IMG/VR virus record: IMGVR_UViG_3300048894_000144
Coordinates: 1 to 27,597 of that record
DNA: 27,597 bases
Direction: 5' to 3' (one strand)
Origin: a virus
Taxonomy: Duplodnaviria; Caudoviricetes
Position 1 is the first letter of the stretch. Each line of letters opens with the position of its first letter. The notes beneath the pieces are model-generated. The model did not search any database. It was not told the origin of the DNA and saw only the letters and a list, made by a program, of their open reading frames with translations. Position numbers and translations under genes: made by a program. Positions 17,379 through 24,504 of the stretch are shown here, piece after piece.

Positions 17379-19042
17379 GCCGACGTGACCGGCGCCCACA
17401 CGCCGCCACCCTCGCTGATGTAGAGCCTGGTGTTCGCCGCTCCGTCCGTCCGCAGATACAGCGACCCGTTCGGTTCGGTGGCGACGGGCGCCCCGGTGCC
17501 GGACGTGATCGACGGCTTACCGGTGGCGCCCACGATCACTTTCGCCCCTGGCAACAGGACGATCGGCGTGGTGTTCATGTTCGTACCGCTGATGATTGGC
17601 GTCGCGCCGTTGCCCTGAATGGTCAGCGTATCGGTCGACCCCGCCGCGGGCGCGTCGGCGTTACCGTTCACGCCGATGACGATGTTGCTGGAGCCGGTGC
17701 TCAACGTCGTGGACGCCACGTTGGCGCCGAGGATCGTGTTCGTGGCGCCCGTGGTCAGCTTGTTCCCGGCGTGCCCGCCGATGATCGTGTTCGTGCTACC
17801 CGTGGTCAGCGCGAGCCCCGCCGTGTGACCGATCACGGTGTTCGTGCTGCCGGTGGCCGATTTGCCGGCGTTGAAGCCGACGAAAACGTCCTCGAACGCG
17901 GTGACGAGCGCGCCCCCGGCGTTCGAGCCGATCATCACATTCTGTTGCGCCGTCGTGATAACGGTGCCGGCGCCGTTGCCGATGATGATGTTGGAGTTGC
18001 CGGTGGTGATGACCTGGGCCGCGTTGTTGCCGATGACGACGTTATTGTTCGCGGTCGTCGCGGTCAGGCCGTTCATCGCGCTCACACCGATTGCGATGTT
18101 GCTGCCGCCAATGGACGACACGCCGTCCTCGTTGCCGCGCAGCGCGCCGGCCCCGATCGCGGTGGAATAGGAGCCCACCCACGCCCGATGCGCGCTGCCG
18201 CCGACCGCCGTGCCGTTGGTGACGCCAGCCGTGTTCCGCATGGCGTCGTTGCCGATCGCCGTCAGGCCGGTGCCGGTCGTCTCCAGACCCAGCGCGCGAT
18301 GGCCGAACGCGGTGTTGAACGAACCCGTCGTCATTTTGGTGCCGGCGTAGGCGCCGACAAGCGTCGCCTCGCTGCCCGTGGTGACGGACATGCCGGCCTG
18401 AAAACCCTGGACGTAGTTACCGTTGCCGGAGCCGACGAGGCCGACGGCCCCGATAGAGGCGGCGATCGGGCCGAACGGCGGCGTGATGGTGCAGCCGGTG
18501 CCGGCGCCGGACGTGCTGACCTGGGCGATCGGGCCGGTCGGCACGACCGTGTAGGAACCCGACTGCTGCACCATGAAGCTCGCCACGGCACTGCCCGTCA
18601 GCGTCTGCACGGTGATCGTCGCACCGCCGGCCAGCGTGATGACATCGCCAACCGCGTAGCCGGACCCGCCCGTCGTCGGCGCGAGGGCGGCGGCGTTGGG
18701 CAGGATGCCCCATTGGATGGCGCTGGAACCGAGCGTGAGGCCGCCATTTTTCGGCAGGACGGCCGCCCAAACACCGCTACGGCGGCCATAGCTGCCCCCG
18801 TCAAGCGGCGCGTCGGTCATGCCGCCGGGAGAAATCAGCCAGGCCGCGTTGCTCCGGGAATAATACTGCCCGTCAGTCGGCGCCTCCTGGATGAGGCCCT
18901 GTGGTCCGGTCGGTCCTGGGATTCCTGGGATTCCCTGTGGCCCGGCCGGACCGGGCGGCCCCGGTGGCCCGACCCAGCGGATGGGGTCAGGCGGCCCGGT
19001 ATCGGTGTTTGGATAGTCAGAATATTTGAGTTTATAGGCCAT
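17375..19042 (-). CDS. tail fibre with collagen repeat, two foldon-like motifs and YadA/Hep-Hag-like beta-roll repeats
   Basis: GPPGPPGPAGPQGIPGIPGPTGPQG, then EAPTDGQYYSRSNAAW and DAPLDGGSYGRRSGVW, then many TTGSxNTxIG repeats. Confidence 0.85.
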   Translation of the reverse strand: MAYKLKYSDYPNTDTGPPDPIRWVGPPGPPGPAGPQGIPGIPGPTGPQGLIQEAPTDGQYYSRSNAAWLISPGGMTDAPLDGGSYGRRSGVWAAVLPKNGGLTLGSSAIQWGILPNAAALAPTTGGSGYAVGDVITLAGGATITVQTLTGSAVASFMVQQSGSYTVVPTGPIAQVSTSGAGTGCTITPPFGPIAASIGAVGLVGSGNGNYVQGFQAGMSVTTGSEATLVGAYAGTKMTTGSFNTAFGHRALGLETTGTGLTAIGNDAMRNTAGVTNGTAVGGSAHRAWVGSYSTAIGAGALRGNEDGVSSIGGSNIAIGVSAMNGLTATTANNNVVIGNNAAQVITTGNSNIIIGNGAGTVITTAQQNVMIGSNAGGALVTAFEDVFVGFNAGKSATGSTNTVIGHTAGLALTTGSTNTIIGGHAGNKLTTGATNTILGANVASTTLSTGSSNIVIGVNGNADAPAAGSTDTLTIQGNGATPIISGTNMNTTPIVLLPGAKVIVGATGKPSITSGTGAPVATEPNGSLYLRTDGAANTRLYISEGGGVWAPVTSA

Positions 19043-19114
19043 GAAGAGGCAACTCTCCTTGCCACATATATTGCGGGCCTGGTATGTCCATGCGGTCCGA
19101 CAATGGAGCGTGCG

Positions 19115-19552
19115 ATGACGTATCTGACGGAAGTGGAGGCCGCTCGCTTTGCCTCAAAACAACAACGGAAAGGGGACTGCTCACTGTGGCAAAACAAGCT
19201 GGATAAAGACGGGTATGGCGTGTTCTATTTCCGACGCAAAAACCGTCGAGCACATCGGGTCGCATGGTTCTCCCTCCATGGAGATTTGCCGGAAGATCAC
19301 GTCGTCAATCACCTGTGCCGTAACCGGGCTTGCGTGAACCCGCAGCATCTTCAGGCCATCACCGTCAGGGAGAACGTCTTTCGCGACAGTGCCTCCGCTG
19401 GATACCTCAACAGCAAAAAAACCCATTGTCCGCAGGGCCATCCTTACGACAGGGTCTATGCCAACTCCCGTTATTGCTCCATCTGCGAACGCGCGAAAAA
19501 AAAACGACTCAGAGCGAAGTGGCGGCTGGAAGGGGACACGCTCAACATTTAG
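19115..19552 (+). CDS. HNH homing endonuclease (free-standing, antisense to late operon)
   Basis: ATG 19115 with GGAG RBS. RAHRVAW, NHLCRNRACVNPQHL...REN and C-terminal KTHCPQGH...CSIC zinc motif. Lower GC than flanks. Confidence 0.9.
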   Translation: MTYLTEVEAARFASKQQRKGDCSLWQNKLDKDGYGVFYFRRKNRRAHRVAWFSLHGDLPEDHVVNHLCRNRACVNPQHLQAITVRENVFRDSASAGYLNSKKTHCPQGHPYDRVYANSRYCSICERAKKKRLRAKWRLEGDTLNI

Positions 19553-19566
19553 ATTGGCGAACGTCA

Positions 19567-20211
19567 TCAGAAATACTCGGCCTGAACGCGCTCGCCGCTC
19601 GTCGGCAGCGCCACGTAGCGATGGATGGCGACCATCGCCGAGCGCGCGTCCGCCGGATCGGTTTTGACATCGAACAGCGGCGCCAGCGCATCGGCGGCGA
19701 GCATCGCGTAGGGCTCGCCCAGCGCGTCGGGGATGTCCGCCGAGGTCCACCGCGCGATGCCGCGCATCACGAGGTCCTGATGCACCGCCATGACGGCCTG
19801 GACGGCGTTGTCGTCCGCGGACAACACCATCGCGCCCTTCCGCACGCGCCCCTCCAGCAGTGCGACCAACGCCGGATCGGCCGCCTTGCCGAAGCTGCTC
19901 GAGGCCTGCGCCGCCGTCAGTTTGGTGTATTCCTCGACGAACGCGCGCGGGACGGCATCGCCCGACCACCACACCAGCGCCTGGGCATCGAGCGCGGCAT
20001 GCACCGAGGCGACCTTGTCGAGGGCGAGCGCCTGATCGGACGGTAACGGCGTTTCGTCCGAGGCGATGACGCCCAGTTCCACGAGCGCCATGGTCGCGAT
20101 CGTGGCCACCGGCACCATCTCGGTCAGCGTCGGCCGGTCGTCGAGCGGAACGACCGTGACGTTGAGTCGCCGCAGGGCGCGCTCGGCGATGGTGGAGACG
20201 GGAGTAGTCAC
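19567..20211 (-). CDS. P22 gp4-like head-to-tail adaptor with internal duplication
   Basis: TIAxxALxxLxV, IPxxxxExYxxLxA and terminal YF motifs. Located after the capsid genes. GTG start with GAG/GGTGAG RBS. Confidence 0.7.
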   Translation of the reverse strand: MTTPVSTIAERALRRLNVTVVPLDDRPTLTEMVPVATIATMALVELGVIASDETPLPSDQALALDKVASVHAALDAQALVWWSGDAVPRAFVEEYTKLTAAQASSSFGKAADPALVALLEGRVRKGAMVLSADDNAVQAVMAVHQDLVMRGIARWTSADIPDALGEPYAMLAADALAPLFDVKTDPADARSAMVAIHRYVALPTSGERVQAEYF

Positions 20212-20212
20212 C

Positions 20213-20695
20213 TCACCTGGCAGCCGCGCCGGTCACCGAGCCCGCCGGCGGGGGCGGCAGATCCTCGCTGCTGATGCCCGCCGCGAGGCTGGAGACGCGC
20301 GTGGCCTTGCCCGACGCCGGCGGCAGGAACGTGGGATCGGCCGCCTTCGCCGCCGCGTCCTGCTTCGCCTTCACCTGCTCCGGCGTCAGCGGCGGCCCGG
20401 ACGGCGCCGCCGGATCCAACCCGAGAGAGATCAGATGCGCGTCACGCGCGGCGGTGTTCTCCTCGATCGTGCCGCCCGCCCCGCCACGCGCGCCGATCGA
20501 GCCGTCACCATTATAATCGAGGATGATCTGCGCGCCGATCGTCGCGGCGGCCATCGCCTCGCGCTGTTCCGGGGTGCGCGTCATCGCGACGGAGGCCGCC
20601 TGGGGTGCCTCGTCCGATCCGGCCTTGTCGCCGGCGGCTCTTTTCCTGTCGGCGTCGCGTGTGTTCGCATCATCGTCATGTGGCTTGGTTGCCAT
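20213..20695 (-). CDS. hypothetical virion-associated protein
   Basis: ATG 20695 with AGGAGA RBS. Low-complexity A/P/D-rich. Between capsid and adaptor. Confidence 0.7.
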   Translation of the reverse strand: MATKPHDDDANTRDADRKRAAGDKAGSDEAPQAASVAMTRTPEQREAMAAATIGAQIILDYNGDGSIGARGGAGGTIEENTAARDAHLISLGLDPAAPSGPPLTPEQVKAKQDAAAKAADPTFLPPASGKATRVSSLAAGISSEDLPPPPAGSVTGAAAR

Positions 20696-20712
20696 ATCAA
20701 AATCTCCTGATG

Positions 20713-20898
20713 TCAGCGCGGCGCCGCCGGGGGGCACGCCAGGCGCTGGTCAACAACGTCCCGCAGCCGGTCAAGCTGCTTTTCCTCGGCCTCGATCTGC
20801 TTGCTCATGACCGCCAGCGTGTGCGAGTTCGACCACGCGATGCCGACCAACGCGGCCAGCAACACGGGCGCGAGACCGGCGGCGAGTTTGATCCACAC
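20713..20898 (-). CDS. small single-TM plus coiled-coil protein
   Basis: Hydrophobic N-terminal helix then heptads. Fills the gap after the capsid gene. Weak RBS. Confidence 0.55.
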   Translation of the reverse strand: MWIKLAAGLAPVLLAALVGIAWSNSHTLAVMSKQIEAEEKQLDRLRDVVDQRLACPPAAPR

Positions 20899-20904
20899 CG
20901 GCCA

Positions 20905-22014
20905 TCACGCATCGGCAACGGCGCTCGTGAAGACGCTGACAATGCCCGCGTCAACCGGTTTGGTGGTATCGACGGTCGGATCGACGCCAAAACGGAGCTT
21001 GCCGATTCCTCTCATTTCCTGAATGCCCACGCCGTGCATAAATCCATAGTCGCGGGTGTTGGTCGTTGACTTCATTCGTTGCGCCCAGGCAACGCCCAAT
21101 GCCTGCGCGCCACACAGCGCCGACATGGCCACATCGATGCCGCCGCCGCCGGCGCCCGCGATGACCGGCATCTCCGGAATTTCGCGGATGATGACGCCGT
21201 TGTAGATGATGTCACCGGCGGTGAAGAGCGGATTGTCGCGCCCGCGATCCCACGCGTATTGTAACGTGTTGACGATGACGGGGTCGTTCATCAGGTCGCG
21301 GAACGGCAGCGACGGCATGAACATCACGAACCATTCCTCGTCGTCGTTGACGCTGATGGGCCGGATGCGCGGCGAGGCGGTGCGGGCGATGCGCTTGGCC
21401 AGCGTGACCGTGGCCGCCGTCATCTTGCCTGTGGTGTTGTTGATCGTCAGCAGCGCGGTGGCCATGACGCCGGACGAAGCGTTCGCCTTGGAGTTGCCGA
21501 ACAGCACGCGGTCGGCGTTGTTGACCATCCAGGTATTGCGCTGTGCCGCCGTGGCCGCGCCGTAGGACACCTGCACGTTGCCGTCCGCCGTCATCGCCTC
21601 GAGGCTGGTGATGATATCGTTCCGCATCTTCTCCAGCTCCCAGACCATCAGGGCTTCCCTGGCGGCCTCACGGAGGTCGATGACGGATTTCTGCTCGTCC
21701 CAGTCGCTGACCGCGACGGCGTGGCGGAACGCGGAGACGGTCAGGTTCAGCGAGCGGGCGTTGAGGATTTCCTCGTTGCCCTCAAGGATCGTGTTTCCGG
21801 TTACACCAGCGCCGATCAGGCGCCGCACGGTGGGGAAAACGACCGTATCGCCCGCCTTGCGCGTCAGATCCTCACGCACCTGGATCATCGCGCCCATGGT
21901 CGTGCCCATGTAGCGCGCGAACTGGTTCTTGCGGACGTACTCGGTGAAAAAGTCGGAGTCCCAGATGAGCGGCGTTAAGCCTGCCCGTGCCGGGGTGACG
22001 TTCATATCGGCCAA
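20905..22014 (-). CDS. major capsid protein (N4-gp56/DUF4043-like)
   Basis: TTG start 5-6 nt after AGGAGG. EDLTRKAGDTVVF, LEGNEE, IDLREAAREAL, NPLFTAG and LCGAQALGVAW motifs. Confidence 0.9.
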   Translation of the reverse strand: MADMNVTPARAGLTPLIWDSDFFTEYVRKNQFARYMGTTMGAMIQVREDLTRKAGDTVVFPTVRRLIGAGVTGNTILEGNEEILNARSLNLTVSAFRHAVAVSDWDEQKSVIDLREAAREALMVWELEKMRNDIITSLEAMTADGNVQVSYGAATAAQRNTWMVNNADRVLFGNSKANASSGVMATALLTINNTTGKMTAATVTLAKRIARTASPRIRPISVNDDEEWFVMFMPSLPFRDLMNDPVIVNTLQYAWDRGRDNPLFTAGDIIYNGVIIREIPEMPVIAGAGGGGIDVAMSALCGAQALGVAWAQRMKSTTNTRDYGFMHGVGIQEMRGIGKLRFGVDPTVDTTKPVDAGIVSVFTSAVADA

Positions 22015-22055
22015 AATGGCCTCCTGTCGCGGGGATTGATGGGGACGTGAAGCGA

Positions 22056-22211
22056 CGCCCGGATAAAGCCCGGCGACGGCTCAACGCCCGCTAATCCCCC
22101 GGCGACGGGGTCACACCGGTATCAGGACCCGGTGGCGGTCCAGCGCCCGTTACTCCCCCGGCGACGGGGTGCCTTCGCGACCGCTTTGCGCCCGATTATG
22201 CCCGGCGACGG
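22056..22211 (-). ncRNA. five tandem pseudoknot-like RNA motifs in the capsid upstream region
   Basis: Repeated CCGTCGCCGGG-N6-8-CGGGCG on the - strand. Plus-strand cores at 22069, 22098, 22128, 22157 and 22201. Copy 3 shows a compensatory CACC/GGTG change. Confidence 0.6.
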
Positions 22212-22379
22212 CGGCGGCTGCTTCGGCGTGGCCACGCCCGCGAGGACGGCGGCCAGGATCAGCTTAGCATCTTCCAACGCCTCGGCAATGGCCTGGCGCC
22301 GCTGTGCGTCGGTTTCCGGCAGCCTGCGCTGATACCGCGCGCCGTAGAGGATGGCGGTCAGCGTGGCGAGGTCGGTCAC
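22122..22379 (-). CDS. small hypothetical protein
   Basis: Probable GTG start at 22379 overlapping the upstream stop (GTGA). Helical N-terminal half. The 3' part runs into the RNA repeats. Confidence 0.5.
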   Translation of the reverse strand: MTDLATLTAILYGARYQRRLPETDAQRRQAIAEALEDAKLILAAVLAGVATPKQPPPSPGIIGRKAVAKAPRRRGSNGRWTATGS

Positions 22380-22885
22380 TTCGGCGGGCGGGGCGGAGAC
22401 AGCGAGATCATCCATTCGACGGCGTTGAACGAGGGCAGATCATTGCTTGACCCGCGCGCCACCTTCTCGACCTGACGCTGCGTCGCCCGTGCCAGCGCGT
22501 CGGAGGCGATCTCGCGAATGATTCCGTCCGTCGCGAAGCGCGCCTGCTGGTTGATGTCGAGTTGCTCGATTTCCACGACCGTCGCCTGCCGCGCCCCTGC
22601 CCGCAGCCTGTTACGCGCGCCGGACAGATACCAGCTTCGTTGCCGTTCGGCGATTTCCCGGTCGTTCAGCCGCTGAACGCCGATCCCTGGCGCGACGCAC
22701 ACCCAGACCTGGGCCTGTTCACGCTCCAGGACGCGGCGCGCGTAGGACAGCTTCCCCGAACGCGCCGTCAATGGCACGCCGGCGATGTCCGTCAATTCCC
22801 GATATGTCAGGCGGGTGCCCTTGGCATGCTCCGCGAGAAAGCGGACCAGCGCCGAGGTGATCTCGGACCTTTCGAACCGGGTCAT
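22376..22885 (-). CDS. winged-helix-like protein with helical C-terminus (accessory to the RAMP/repeat module)
   Basis: LVRFLAEH...LTYRELTDIAG...LSYARRVLERE...VWVCVAPGIGVQRL fits a wHTH with a beta wing. ATG about 10 nt after the repeat array. Confidence 0.7.
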   Translation of the reverse strand: MTRFERSEITSALVRFLAEHAKGTRLTYRELTDIAGVPLTARSGKLSYARRVLEREQAQVWVCVAPGIGVQRLNDREIAERQRSWYLSGARNRLRAGARQATVVEIEQLDINQQARFATDGIIREIASDALARATQRQVEKVARGSSNDLPSFNAVEWMISLSPPRPPK

Positions 22886-22895
22886 TGCTTAAAAC

Positions 22896-23047
22896 CGTTG
22901 CGTTGCGGTGCGCGGCGTAGCGCGGCGATGCGCGGCGGAGCGGAGCGATGCGCGGCGGTGCGTAGCGGGGCGGGTCGAGGCGGAGCGTAGCGTTGCGAGG
23001 CGTCGCGGAGCGGAGCGGCGCGGAGCGACGTGTTGCGCGGCGGCGTG
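22896..23047 (-). repeat. 30-unit pentamer array, constant CGC plus variable NN (candidate guide-like ncRNA)
   Basis: Unbroken 5-nt phase. Sense strand reads CAC GC CGC CG CGC AA CAC GT CGC TC ... CGC AA CGC AA CGG TTTT. Starts 1 nt after the RAMP gene stop. Confidence 0.9.
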
Positions 23048-23048
23048 A

Positions 23049-23636
23049 TCAGACACTCATATCCTCCCATTCGAACTTCGTCACGCGGAAACGCCCGTTC
23101 GTGCCCGCGTTCTCAACCCGGAAACGACCTATCCCGACGATCATTCCGCTGGTCTTGACGGTGTGCTCAAAGACCTCGCGCGTGATGATGTCATCGACGA
23201 TGGTGAACTCCGCGACGCCGTGCCAGACCGGGAACGATGGGAAACGCCGCCTGACGCGTGAACCTGACCCCCGGCGACCGTTGGCGTGGGCGTAGATCGT
23301 GACCTGTTCGGCCGTCTCGGGCGTCAACGCGCGTCCATTGGCGAGCGGCATATCCGCGTTGCAGATGACGCCCGAGGCGAAAAACGGCTTGTAAGTCGCG
23401 CCGCGCCGCCCCGGCACCTTCATGCCAAGCTTTTGCGCCGCCGTATCGATGCACTGCTTGAGCGCCTGGGCCGGAGCGCAGACCTGACCATTGGCATCCG
23501 TCGTGCATTTATTTCGCCAGGTGCGGACATCGTAATCCTCCGCTGATTCGCGGTCTTTTTTCGGTTCTTCGTGCGGCGTTGACTGGCTGTAAGGCGAGCC
23601 CGGGATGTTCTCCATCCAGACGCGGCATATTTTCAT
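23049..23636 (-). CDS. standalone Cas7-like RAMP-superfamily protein
   Basis: AGGAG RBS. First strand plus SP (RVWMENIPGSPY), VCAPAQALKQCI (cf. IPGSSLKG), and C-terminal Gly-rich loop GMIVGIGRFRVENAGTNGRFRV (cf. GLGxxRxxGxGRFxV). Confidence 0.7.
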   Translation of the reverse strand: MKICRVWMENIPGSPYSQSTPHEEPKKDRESAEDYDVRTWRNKCTTDANGQVCAPAQALKQCIDTAAQKLGMKVPGRRGATYKPFFASGVICNADMPLANGRALTPETAEQVTIYAHANGRRGSGSRVRRRFPSFPVWHGVAEFTIVDDIITREVFEHTVKTSGMIVGIGRFRVENAGTNGRFRVTKFEWEDMSV

Positions 23637-23664
23637 GAGTGCTCCTGTTAACGCCGTCTCTCAG

Positions 23665-24504
23665 TCACCGCCGCCGCTCTGGCCTGCGGAGGATGTCCTC
23701 CATCGCCATCGGACCCGCGAACCCGTTGCTCGACCGCGGCGCCGCGCTGCGGGCGTTGGCGAGGCTCGGCGGCATCCCCGCGACCGGCGACGGCTGGGCG
23801 GCGTTGCCCCGTTCGGCCTCCCACTTGGCGCGCTCCTCGGCGGCTATCCGCGCGCGATACGCCGCCGGGTCGGTGCCGATTTCCTCGTGCAGCCGCGCCG
23901 TCGCGTTGTTGTCTATCATCCACTGATACGGGTGCGGCTTGGAGTAAAGCTGCTCCCACAGCCGCGGATCGCTCTGCGCCCGTTGCTGGAAATAAGCCGT
24001 CTCGGTGTCGACGACTTCCTTGCCGTGCTTGTCGAGCGCCATCATTTCGGACGTGTTCAGGCGTTCATTGAGGACCACGCCCCTGACGCGCCTGGTATAA
24101 CCCTCGGGATCGCGGACGGGGTCGATCGGCTCGAAGGTCGGCGGCGGGGGAGGCGCGGGTGGCGGCGCCTTCTTCGCTTCCTCGAGCTGCTTCGCGAGCG
24201 CGTCCCGCTCCGCCTCGGCGCGGCCGGCTCGCTCGACCCAGTTCTGCCGCCGCTGACGCTCCTTTTCGTAAGCGGTGCGCGGGACGATCGGCTCGTGCGG
24301 CGCGGGCTCGCCCGGCTCGGTGTCGTCGTCCGGCTCGGGCGCTGGCGCGGCCTTGGCGGGCGCCGGGGCGGTGTCCTTGGCCGGCGGCGCGTCCTTCGTT
24401 GGCGCGGCCTCGGGCGCCGGGCGTGGCGCCTCCGGCTCCGGCGCGGGCGACGCTCCGTCCTCCGGATTGCCGCCCTTCAGGAATGCGTCAAGCTGTCCGC
24501 TCAT
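23665..24504 (-). CDS. capsid scaffolding protein
   Basis: Between portal and capsid. Pro/Ala-rich N-terminus, VPRTAYEKERQRRQ coiled coil, PPSLANARSA C-terminus. Confidence 0.85.
   Translation of the reverse strand: MSGQLDAFLKGGNPEDGASPAPEPEAPRPAPEAAPTKDAPPAKDTAPAPAKAAPAPEPDDDTEPGEPAPHEPIVPRTAYEKERQRRQNWVERAGRAEAERDALAKQLEEAKKAPPPAPPPPPTFEPIDPVRDPEGYTRRVRGVVLNERLNTSEMMALDKHGKEVVDTETAYFQQRAQSDPRLWEQLYSKPHPYQWMIDNNATARLHEEIGTDPAAYRARIAAEERAKWEAERGNAAQPSPVAGMPPSLANARSAAPRSSNGFAGPMAMEDILRRPERRR

Noticed and set aside
11977-19042. Diversity-generating retroelement or invertible tail-fibre cassette
   Set aside because: No reverse transcriptase, invertase or template/variable repeat pair was seen.
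22056-22211. Possible mini-CRISPR array near the Cas7-like gene
   Set aside because: Units are only about 29-44 nt with 6-8 nt variable parts, too short for spacers. Covariation points to RNA structure instead.
22882-23070. 62-aa ORF (and + strand ORFs) running through the pentamer array
   Set aside because: R/A/P-rich translation of a GC-rich repeat. A 5-nt period does not fit codon-level selection.
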